From: a virus
Strand: one strand, 5' to 3'
DNA: 64,000 nucleotides
Virus record (IMG/VR): IMGVR_UViG_3300025141_014429
Coordinates: 32,001 to 96,000 of that record
Shown: in pieces, positions 1-8,515 of the stretch
Layout of the letters: each line of letters opens with the position of its first letter
Numbering within the stretch: position 1 is the first letter of the stretch
The notes under the pieces: generated by a model
Seen by the model: only the letters and a program-made list of their open reading frames with translations
The model's database searches: none
What the model was told of the DNA's origin: nothing
Program-made: the position numbers and the translations under genes

Positions 1-2
1 AG

Positions 3-1067
3 GCATTAGAAAGACAATTTGGGCAGTACCAACGTGTTATAAAATTACCCCCCAATCCAGAAGAAGATCCAGAAAAACCTGAAGAAGAAGATAAAAAAGG
101 TAAAAATTGTCCTAAGGATAAGTTAAGCGTTGAGATTGAAGCACTCCCTGATAACAAAGCTAGAACTTTAAAATTCCAGAAAATTATAAACAAATATATA
201 ACTCATCACGATTTAATGGGCGGTTCAATTGGTGAAGATGGAAAATGGGGACCTAGGACTGATGAAGGTTTTGAAAGGGTGCTTATTCATGGTTTGTCAG
301 ATACACTAAATCATCCTGTTTACGGTGACTTAAATTTAAATAATAATGCTATATCATCTATGGCTTCTAAATGGAAACAAAACGCTAGAAGGCTAAATAG
401 GACAGGTTACATCAACAGTAATGATAATGGAGATATAACAGGAGCACTTGCTTTAGTTTATGACCTCTATAATTGTAATGATGAGTACGGAAAGAAAACA
501 ATTAAAAGAAGTGGAGTGCCAAAAAAATCTACACCTGAAAAATCTGGTAAACCTAGGAAAGTAGGGGCAAAGAATGATGATGATGGTGTAGAATCTAAAG
601 GTAAGTGCGCTGATGGTTCTGCTATGAAGAAGGCAACTTGGCGCGATATACAAATTCAATTTAATCAAAAATCAAAAAAGTTTGCTCTAGATCCGAAATC
701 TGTTGATCAGTTAAAGGTTGATTTGGCAAAACAAACAGCTGCATTTATTGTTAACCCACCGCATAATATGAATCCAGTCGATCGTGAGCATGTAGGGACA
801 TTTACAGTTGGTATGGGCGGAAGAATTAAAAATAGAAAATCTCATGACTGGAATGTTCCAGATGCTTATGAGAAGATCATTGATAAGGCTATGAAGAATC
901 TAATTCAAAAAGCAAAAAAAGACTCTAAAGGTTTAGACGTTGTTAGAAATTCTAACATTATTATTACAATTCCTTGTGGAAACTATACTACACTTGCTGA
1001 GTCAATTAGGCAGAAAAGAGAAAAAGATTTTGAGAATCTTTTGCGTGAATTGATTAAAAAGGTATAG
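3..1067 (+). CDS. Putative peptidoglycan-binding-domain protein, 5'-truncated by the window edge
   Basis: The frame of ORF 216..1067 is open back to nt 3 (ALERQFGQYQRV...). The segment FQKIINKY...GGSIGEDGKWGPRTDEG resembles the PG_binding_1 pattern (LQ..L....vDG.fGp.T). The gene is adjacent to an M15 peptidase. Confidence 0.5.
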   Translation, partial: ALERQFGQYQRVIKLPPNPEEDPEKPEEEDKKGKNCPKDKLSVEIEALPDNKARTLKFQKIINKYITHHDLMGGSIGEDGKWGPRTDEGFERVLIHGLSDTLNHPVYGDLNLNNNAISSMASKWKQNARRLNRTGYINSNDNGDITGALALVYDLYNCNDEYGKKTIKRSGVPKKSTPEKSGKPRKVGAKNDDDGVESKGKCADGSAMKKATWRDIQIQFNQKSKKFALDPKSVDQLKVDLAKQTAAFIVNPPHNMNPVDREHVGTFTVGMGGRIKNRKSHDWNVPDAYEKIIDKAMKNLIQKAKKDSKGLDVVRNSNIIITIPCGNYTTLAESIRQKREKDFENLLRELIKKV

Positions 1068-1070
1068 AGT

Positions 1071-1811
1071 ATGATTATTAACGAATTAATGCTTAGAAAA
1101 ATCATAAAAGATCAGCTAGTCAAAGAGCAGGTTTCTGCTAGAGGTTCTATAGTTCCAGGAGCAGAAACCGGTTCATCTGATTCTTCTGATGAAAGCGAAG
1201 ACGTAAATATTGATGCTGTCACTAAAAAAGGAGGTAAGTTTTATTTAGGTAATATCTCCACCGGTCTATCAGGAGATAAGTTTAAAAAATTAATGGCTGA
1301 TATGCAAAACTTTATTAATAAAGAGTACCCAGAAGTTGGCATACAGATAGAGTCCCTAGGTATTATGAGAGACTTAGAGTCTGCAGCTGATACTTCAAAT
1401 CCTAATAGGATCCCAGGATCTAAACACGGAGCAGGATTAGCTTTGGATGTTAAATATCATACAAAAAAACACGGAAGATATACAAATTATGAAAAAAATA
1501 ATGCAAAATTAGCTAAGGATCCTAAGTTTTTAAAAACACTGCAAAAGTTTAATGAAACTCAAAGTGATATCGGGTGGGGTGGTACTTGGGGTAAATCAAA
1601 TCCGGCAGAGGGTATGGCTCAAGGTAAAGGAATTACTGAATTACACCACTGGGAAATTAGAGACGCCAGCGTGCCGGAATATTTTGAAAAATTTCCAAAA
1701 GTTAAAAAAGCTATAGAAGATTTAGGAATGACTTCTAAGGATATGATCAAAAAAGATAACAGGTCTAAGCTTTATAAAGCACTGGTAAGTAGTGCAAAAA
1801 AGTCTTCTTAA
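1071..1811 (+). CDS. Peptidase M15-family (LAS-type Zn) peptidoglycan hydrolase, endolysin or virion-associated lysin
   Basis: SKHGAGLALD matches SxHxxGxAxD, followed by WGGTW and HHWE, the three M15C/VanY-type motifs in the correct order. Confidence 0.75.
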   Translation: MIINELMLRKIIKDQLVKEQVSARGSIVPGAETGSSDSSDESEDVNIDAVTKKGGKFYLGNISTGLSGDKFKKLMADMQNFINKEYPEVGIQIESLGIMRDLESAADTSNPNRIPGSKHGAGLALDVKYHTKKHGRYTNYEKNNAKLAKDPKFLKTLQKFNETQSDIGWGGTWGKSNPAEGMAQGKGITELHHWEIRDASVPEYFEKFPKVKKAIEDLGMTSKDMIKKDNRSKLYKALVSSAKKSS

Positions 1812-1824
1812 AACACTGTTTTAA
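1808..1824. terminator. Weak AT-rich hairpin between convergent genes (possible bidirectional terminator)
   Basis: TTAAAACA-C-TGTTTTAA inverted repeat containing both convergent stop codons. The stem has almost no GC pairs, so it is weak. Confidence 0.3.
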
Positions 1825-2228
1825 TGATATATCATCTTTCTATGTGGTTTGCTTTTAGCAAACCTTTTTATTATCTCACCAGCTCGAGCATTTGCTTGAT
1901 CTTCGTGAAAACCACCTGCGTCTCTAATGTTTCCACCTTCTAAGAGGCCTAACTCATCTTGCATCATATGTGTCATTTCATGTGCTATTGATCTTAACAC
2001 ATCGACAAAAGCTCTATCTTTTGCATAAATAATACACTTGTTTTCACCAATATGATAAGCAGCTGTTGTTGCGATACCATATGGCTTTCTTTTACTTACA
2101 ATTTGGATGTCATAGTTACCAGTAATCGGTAGGAAATCAGCACAGAAGTTACAAAATTCGCCCACTAAATGTACTTTATTCCTATCTTCACACATTGGAA
2201 GATCTTTACTTATTTTTAATTTACTCAT
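1821..2228 (-). CDS. Small zincin-like (HExxH) metalloprotein
   Basis: LRSIAHEMTHMMQ gives HExxH, with a downstream Glu in HEDQANARAG as a possible third ligand region. Confidence 0.55.
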   Translation of the reverse strand: MSKLKISKDLPMCEDRNKVHLVGEFCNFCADFLPITGNYDIQIVSKRKPYGIATTAAYHIGENKCIIYAKDRAFVDVLRSIAHEMTHMMQDELGLLEGGNIRDAGGFHEDQANARAGEIIKRFAKSKPHRKMIYH

Positions 2229-2243
2229 GTTAGTAAATATATT

Positions 2244-3104
2244 CTAATAAAGTATTATGCCTGTTTCTTTGTCAAAGTCAAGTAAAAACTTTCTTATTTC
2301 ATCAACATGAGGTCCTGCTGATATGTTTTGGAATGGTATGATTGATATAGATACTACACTGATTAGTTGTCCTTTCTTATTAAGAACTAAACTACCCGAA
2401 CTACCGTAAGTTGCAGGTATTGTATACATACAACCGTATCTAGAGTCACAACCACCGTAATTACCGTTAAAATGTAATCTAAAAGATTTTCCGTATATAG
2501 AGAGTGGAGAACTTACTGTAAATATATTTTCACCAATATCAGGCATTTTTTTAGCTAATTTAATGTTATCAAAATCAAATTTTCTTGTTTCTAACTCATT
2601 AATTCTAAAAGACAATAAACACAAATCAGACTTAGGATCGATTTTTTCTATATAGGCACTAGTTGCAGTATTTAAAAAATGAACAATGATTAACTTTTTA
2701 TATTCAATATATTTTCCATCCTCACCGGTAGCTAATAAATCTTCTTCAGTGTCAAAACAAAAGTGTGCTGCTGTTAGTGCAAACAGTATATCATCTTCTA
2801 TACCAATGACTCCGCCAGAAGCTGAAGAGAGACTAGCAGTTTCTACTTTATCATTATCACATTCTTCACCGACAACACAAAATTCTAGATACTTGTTTAT
2901 TAGAACATGTTTTTCAAAGTATACAAAATAATCATTATTGTAAGGTGTATCTTTTGACGTCTCGAGAGAAACTAAATTAGTTCCATTTTGAATATCTCCT
3001 TTCATAACTCTTATGCAAGAAAATACAAAAACAACAAAAATTAATGCTAACATCACTTCCCCCAATATCAAATATGTGTATCTTTTAAACATATTTGCCT
3101 CCAT
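2244..3104 (-). CDS. Membrane-anchored trypsin-like (S1) serine protease
   Basis: N-terminal hydrophobic helix (YLILGEVMLALIFVVFVFSCI). Catalytic triad motifs LTAAH, DLCLL and YGSSGSLVLN..GQLISV. Confidence 0.85.
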   Translation of the reverse strand: MEANMFKRYTYLILGEVMLALIFVVFVFSCIRVMKGDIQNGTNLVSLETSKDTPYNNDYFVYFEKHVLINKYLEFCVVGEECDNDKVETASLSSASGGVIGIEDDILFALTAAHFCFDTEEDLLATGEDGKYIEYKKLIIVHFLNTATSAYIEKIDPKSDLCLLSFRINELETRKFDFDNIKLAKKMPDIGENIFTVSSPLSIYGKSFRLHFNGNYGGCDSRYGCMYTIPATYGSSGSLVLNKKGQLISVVSISIIPFQNISAGPHVDEIRKFLLDFDKETGIILY

Positions 3105-3199
3105 AATATTACTTAACTTTCTGTGGAGAAAATGACACTTTTTTTTATTAATTTAACTTTAGCAAACCCTACATGATAATTAATATCAGGAGTGAAATT

Positions 3200-3892
3200 A
3201 TGTCTGAGCTTAACATGCGATCATTTTTACCTCATGATAAACTTTCTAAAAAAATTTGGGAAGATGATGAAAATATGCGCCCTGATGTACTGAGAGCATT
3301 AGAAAATATTGCAAATGAATTTTTAAATTACTTAAAGATTGATGTTGATGTTGATGATGTAACTTTTACAGGATCTTATGCAAATTACAATTATACTCCT
3401 TACAGTGATATAGATTTGCATATAGTGATTGATTTCAATAAAGTTTCTAGTGATGAAGATCTAGTAGAAGGTTTTATGAATGCTAAAAAAAGTTACTGGA
3501 ATGATAGATATGATATAAAAGTTAATGATATTGAAGTTGAAATTTATCCACAAGATTCTTCTGAAGATCATATATCTTCAGGTATTTATAGTATTGATAA
3601 AGAAAAATGGTTAATAAGACCCGAGAAATTTCAAAAAGAACCTAATTTAAAGTCAGCTAATAAAAAGTTTCAAATGTTAAAAAGAGAAATTTCTTCTGCT
3701 ATAGAATCTGAAGATCTGAAAAGTATAGAGAGGCTTTTAAAGAAAATAAGAGATATGAGAAAATCAGCTTTAAGTAAGTCAGGAGAAATGTCTGTTGAAA
3801 ATATAGCTTATAAGATGTTAAGATCTGAAGATTTGATACAGAAAATGTATGATTTAAAATTTAATTTATATGGAGATTCTATTTCATTATGA
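3200..3892 (+). CDS. Pol-beta superfamily nucleotidyltransferase
   Basis: FTGSYANYNYTPYSDIDLHI matches hGS...DxD, with a third acidic residue in EVEIY. Start placed at ATG 3200 behind AGGAG (ORF track start 3173). Confidence 0.75.
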   Translation: MSELNMRSFLPHDKLSKKIWEDDENMRPDVLRALENIANEFLNYLKIDVDVDDVTFTGSYANYNYTPYSDIDLHIVIDFNKVSSDEDLVEGFMNAKKSYWNDRYDIKVNDIEVEIYPQDSSEDHISSGIYSIDKEKWLIRPEKFQKEPNLKSANKKFQMLKREISSAIESEDLKSIERLLKKIRDMRKSALSKSGEMSVENIAYKMLRSEDLIQKMYDLKFNLYGDSISL

Positions 3893-3962
3893 ATAATATT
3901 ATTAATAAGATAATACAGAACTATAATCTACTTTTACAAATTAAATTTAAATTAATTTATTT

Positions 3963-3991
3963 TTGTAAATTCAGTATTTATGATTTAAATT
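3963..3991 (+). promoter_or_regulatory. Candidate sigma70-like promoter for yeaH-spoVR
   Basis: TTGTAA-N17-TAAATT, with the same -35 element and spacing as the sites at 26170 and 34727. Confidence 0.35.
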
Positions 3992-4011
3992 AATTCTAAG
4001 AGGTTTATATA

Positions 4012-5190
4012 ATGTCAATATTTAAAGAACATAAAACTATAGCAGATAGATCAGCTACAGATAGAAGAAGACATAAAAAGAAAATAGAAAAAGCTATCAA
4101 GGAAGGTATTCATGATATTATTGCTGAAGAGAATATTATTGGAAAAGATGGCAAGAAGAAAATAAAAATTCCTGTAAGAGGTATTAAAGAATTCAGGTTT
4201 ATATACAATGATGAGCCGGGAAATGGCCAAAAAAAGGTAGGATCAGCACAAGGTAAAAATATATCAAAAGGACAAAAAATATCTAGTGGTAAACAAAAGA
4301 AGGGTAAAGGTAAAAAAACAGATAAACCGGGTAATGAATCAGGTGATGAATACTATGAGGTAGAAATTTCTTTAGAAGAATTAGCAAATTATCTTTTTGA
4401 TGATTTAGACTTGCCTGAATTGGAAAAGAAGAATTTCACTAATATTGTTAGTGAAAAGTATAAAAGAAAAGGTTACAGACCTCAAGGTATAAGGCCTAGA
4501 TTATCAAAAAAAGAGACAATTAAAAATAAAATTCGTAGAAAGAAAAAAGCAATAAAGACAGGCACATATGATCCTGAGTCTGAAGAAAGATTCACATTTC
4601 ACGAAAGTGATCTAAAATACAAACACATTGCAGTTACACAAAAAGAAGTTACAAATGCTGTGATATTTTTTATCATGGATGTCTCAGGATCAATGGGGAA
4701 AACTAAGAAATTTCTTGCAAGAAGCTTTTTCTTCTTATTGTATCAATTCTTAAGACATAGATATCAAAAAGTAGAAATTGTTTTTATATCACACACAACA
4801 GAAGCATGGGAAGTTGATGAGGAACAATTCTTTTCTAGGGGCTCATCAGGAGGTACATTCATAAGTTCAGGAATAGAAAGATGCTTAGAGATAATAACAC
4901 AGCGATACTCGCCTGAAAATTGGAACATATATAGTTTTCACTGCAGTGATGGTGATAACTGGTCAGAAGATAATAAAAAAGCATTAGATTTAACTGATCA
5001 ACTAAAAGAAATGTGTCAATTATGTGCATATATCCAAATACTGGGTAGGAATAGTTTCGGTGCCGGAGACGGTAATAAGATGGCAGATGTATATGATCAA
5101 ATGCAGGATAAGAAATTTAAAGTTTCTAAAATAAACAATAAGAAAGATGTTTGGCCTGAATTTGCTAAGTTATTTGGAGGTAAATTATGA
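4012..5190 (+). CDS. yeaH: YeaH/YhbH (DUF444) vWA-domain protein
   Basis: N-terminal DRRRH...I...I.DII.EE.II, K.KIP..GI.E.RF.Y, vWA MIDAS DVSGSM, SSGGT and SDGDNW. Translationally coupled to spoVR. Confidence 0.92.
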   Translation: MSIFKEHKTIADRSATDRRRHKKKIEKAIKEGIHDIIAEENIIGKDGKKKIKIPVRGIKEFRFIYNDEPGNGQKKVGSAQGKNISKGQKISSGKQKKGKGKKTDKPGNESGDEYYEVEISLEELANYLFDDLDLPELEKKNFTNIVSEKYKRKGYRPQGIRPRLSKKETIKNKIRRKKKAIKTGTYDPESEERFTFHESDLKYKHIAVTQKEVTNAVIFFIMDVSGSMGKTKKFLARSFFFLLYQFLRHRYQKVEIVFISHTTEAWEVDEEQFFSRGSSGGTFISSGIERCLEIITQRYSPENWNIYSFHCSDGDNWSEDNKKALDLTDQLKEMCQLCAYIQILGRNSFGAGDGNKMADVYDQMQDKKFKVSKINNKKDVWPEFAKLFGGKL

Positions 5191-6509
5191 CATGGAAGAT
5201 AAATGATCTTACTAGTTGGGATGATAAAATCATAGAAATTGCTAAAAAATACAATTTAGACTGGTATGATATCAACTATGAGATATGTGATTATTACGAA
5301 ATGATGGGTCATATGTCATATCACGGCATGCCAAGTCATTACAATCACTGGAGTTATGGAAAGTCATTCGAACAAACACGACAACTTTACAATTTAGGAG
5401 CACAAGGTCTACCATACGAATTAATTATAAATTCAGACCCATCTATAGCTTATCTCATGAGACAAAATGATTTATATCTTCAGATATTAATTATGGCACA
5501 CTGTATTGGTCATAGTGATTTTTTTAAAAATAATCGCTGTTTTCAGCATACAGATGCAAAAAATATTGTAGCTAAATTTAGAAATGCAAGAAATAGAATT
5601 CAAAAATATTCCGAAGATCCCAGTATAGGAATTGATGTTGTTGAAGAATTTATTGATTGTTTACATAGTATAAGATTCCAAACATGCAGACATAATATTC
5701 CACGTAAATCAAAAAATCAAATCAAACGTGATCTGATTAAAAAATACAACAAGGATAAAAACAACCAATTGATTAAGAAAGTATCCTTGAATAGATTAGA
5801 ATCATCACAACTATTAGAAGATGATCATGATTTGCTTTCATTTTTACTAGAATACGGAACACATTTTGAAGATTGGCAACTAGATATAATTAATATAGTT
5901 AGAGAAGACAGCATGTATTTTATTCCTCAAATAAAGACAAAGATACTTAATGAGGGATGGGCTTCTTTTTGGCATTATAAAATTCTTCATGAGTTGGAAT
6001 TGCCACAAGAATATCATATTCCTTTTTTGAAAATGCATAATGCAGTAGTCAGACCTCATATAGGTGGAATCAATCCTTATCATGTAGGCTTTTATCTTTT
6101 TCAAAAAATTGAAAAAGAAATGGGATTAGATGAATGTTTTCTAATACGAGAAGTGCACGACGATGAATCAGCGATAAGAATGTATTTAGATGAAGATGAT
6201 TTTAGAAAATTAAACTTGTTTACATATTCAAAAGATAAAAATAATGATACTTTTATCGATGAAGTATCAGATCATGATGACTGGAAAGTTGTTAGAAATA
6301 CACTGCTGCAGAACACCGGTGTTAATTCAATCCCAAGAATATATGCACATGATATAAAGAAAGATAAGTCATTGGTTCTTAAGCACGATCATGACGGAAG
6401 AGATCTAGACTTAGAATATGCTGATAAAGTTATTGAAAACGTTCGACATCTCTGGCCAGAAGGCGCAGTTCTTTTTACTGTAATAGAAGATGAGATATGG
6501 GAAATATAG
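5187..6509 (+). CDS. spoVR: SpoVR/YcgB family protein
   Basis: GMPSHYNHWSYGKSF, GLPYELIINSDPSIAYLM, MAHCIGHSDFFKNN, YFIPQIKTKILNEGWASFWH and INPYHVGF are SpoVR signatures. Confidence 0.93.
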   Translation: MTWKINDLTSWDDKIIEIAKKYNLDWYDINYEICDYYEMMGHMSYHGMPSHYNHWSYGKSFEQTRQLYNLGAQGLPYELIINSDPSIAYLMRQNDLYLQILIMAHCIGHSDFFKNNRCFQHTDAKNIVAKFRNARNRIQKYSEDPSIGIDVVEEFIDCLHSIRFQTCRHNIPRKSKNQIKRDLIKKYNKDKNNQLIKKVSLNRLESSQLLEDDHDLLSFLLEYGTHFEDWQLDIINIVREDSMYFIPQIKTKILNEGWASFWHYKILHELELPQEYHIPFLKMHNAVVRPHIGGINPYHVGFYLFQKIEKEMGLDECFLIREVHDDESAIRMYLDEDDFRKLNLFTYSKDKNNDTFIDEVSDHDDWKVVRNTLLQNTGVNSIPRIYAHDIKKDKSLVLKHDHDGRDLDLEYADKVIENVRHLWPEGAVLFTVIEDEIWEI

Positions 6510-6576
6510 GGTAAACTTTTTTTAATATATAGTTATAATAGTATATGACAGCAATTAATTTCATAGGAAAATAAAA

Positions 6577-8511
6577 ATGGCCAACAAAGATTTTTTAAAA
6601 ATTATCAAAAAGCAGAGATCAAAAAGCAAGAAAAAGAAATTTCAAGGTACTCTTTTAGAGTATTTAGATATCATACAGGAAGATCCTAGCGCAGTTCAAT
6701 TAGCTCATAGAAGACTTTATGATGTAATTAATAATAAAGGTTGCAAAACAGTTGATATTGATGACGATGGTTACAGAGGCATCTTTAATGGTGATAAGAT
6801 TAGAACATATGATTATTTTAAAGAAGAATTCTTTGGAATGGAACTCATCATCAATAAGCTTATGAGGTATATGAAATCAGCTGCACTTAAAGGTGAAGAA
6901 TCTAGACAAGTACTTTTACTTATGGGGCCGGTAGGTGCAGGTAAATCAGCACTAACAGAGCATGTTAAAAGAGCACTTGAACTAGCAGAACCTGCATATC
7001 ATTTAGATGGTTGTCCAATTCGTGAAGAACCTCTTCATTTAATTCCTAGAAGTTTAAGACCTGAATTTGAAAAAATACTTGGTGTTAAAATTGAAGGTGA
7101 TCTATGCCCTATTTGTCGTCATAGGCTTATCAATGATTTTAATGGAGAGTATGAAAAATTTCCAGTTAAACAATCATCATTTTCACAAAGAGGACGAAGA
7201 GGTATTGCAACAGTGCCGCCTATGGATGCAAATTCACAGGATGTATCTGTTTTAATCGGAACTGAAGATATTAGTAAACTAGATCTTTATCCAGAAGATG
7301 ATCCTAGAGTATTATCGCTGAATGGTGCATTCAATGTGGGTAATAGAGGAATAGTAGAATTTGTTGAGGTATTTAAAAATGAAATTGAGTTTTTGCATAC
7401 TATGTTAACAGCAACTCAAGAAAAGCGTGTACCTTCGCCAGGTAAAAACGATATGATCTATTTTGATGGAGTCATATTATCCCATTGTAATGAAGCAGAG
7501 TGGAACAGATTTAAAGGTGAACACACGAATGAGGCTATTTTAGACAGGGTCATGAGAATAGAAGTACCTTACGTGCTAGAACTAGATCAAGAAATGAAAA
7601 TTTATGAAAAGATGATAAATAGATCTGATTTCAAAGGTGCACATATTGCACCGCATACTATTAAAATTGCATCGATGTTCTCAATAATGTCACGACTTAA
7701 AACGTCAAACAAGTGTGATATCCTTACTAAAATGAAAATATATAATGGTGAAGATATTATAGAAAAAGGAAAAGTAAGAAAAGTAGACATTAGAGACTTA
7801 AAAGATGAAGCAAGAAAAGAAGGGATGACGGGTATATCTACAAGATTTATTATGAAAGCCCTAGATGCAGCATTATCTGATTCTGACAGGAATATGATCA
7901 CTCCAATAAGTGTAATGGAAAGTCTAAGTAAACAAGTCAAAGAACAAATAATTGCTGAAGATGTTAAGGAAACTTACTTAGAAATAATCCAAAAGATAAT
8001 AAGGGAAGAATACCTTCGAATTCTAGAAACTGAAATAGCTAAAGCATTTATCACTGCTTACGAAGAACAAGCACAATCATTGTTTGAATCTTATCTTGAT
8101 AATGCAGAGTGTTACACAACAGGTGCTAACGTCAAGGATAAGATAACAAGAGAAGAACGTGAACCTGATGAAAAATTCATGAAGTCTATAGAAGAAATGA
8201 TAGGTGTTGTAGGTTCTGCACGTGACGGGTTCAGATCAGATGTTACTTCATATATGTTTTCTAAGATGAGAAGAGGAGAAACTATTGATTTTAAATCGTA
8301 TGGACCACTCAGAGAAGCAATCGAAGAATATATGATAATGTCAGTTAAAGATATATCTAGAATTGTAACTAGATCTAGATCAAGAGATGATGATCAAAAG
8401 AAAAAGTATAGTGAAATGGTCAGTACGTTGATTGAAGAGTATGGGTATGATGAATGGTCAGCTGAAGAAATACTGACTTATGCTTCAAATAACCTCTGGA
8501 GAGACTCATAA
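6577..8511 (+). CDS. prkA: PrkA/YeaG AAA+ family protein (Ser kinase / ATP-dependent protease-associated)
   Basis: Walker A GPVGAGKS, GAFNVGNRGIVEFVEVFK (Walker B region), HCNEAEW and EAILDR. The length of 644 aa is typical. Confidence 0.95.
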   Translation: MANKDFLKIIKKQRSKSKKKKFQGTLLEYLDIIQEDPSAVQLAHRRLYDVINNKGCKTVDIDDDGYRGIFNGDKIRTYDYFKEEFFGMELIINKLMRYMKSAALKGEESRQVLLLMGPVGAGKSALTEHVKRALELAEPAYHLDGCPIREEPLHLIPRSLRPEFEKILGVKIEGDLCPICRHRLINDFNGEYEKFPVKQSSFSQRGRRGIATVPPMDANSQDVSVLIGTEDISKLDLYPEDDPRVLSLNGAFNVGNRGIVEFVEVFKNEIEFLHTMLTATQEKRVPSPGKNDMIYFDGVILSHCNEAEWNRFKGEHTNEAILDRVMRIEVPYVLELDQEMKIYEKMINRSDFKGAHIAPHTIKIASMFSIMSRLKTSNKCDILTKMKIYNGEDIIEKGKVRKVDIRDLKDEARKEGMTGISTRFIMKALDAALSDSDRNMITPISVMESLSKQVKEQIIAEDVKETYLEIIQKIIREEYLRILETEIAKAFITAYEEQAQSLFESYLDNAECYTTGANVKDKITREEREPDEKFMKSIEEMIGVVGSARDGFRSDVTSYMFSKMRRGETIDFKSYGPLREAIEEYMIMSVKDISRIVTRSRSRDDDQKKKYSEMVSTLIEEYGYDEWSAEEILTYASNNLWRDS

Positions 8512-8515
8512 AGTC

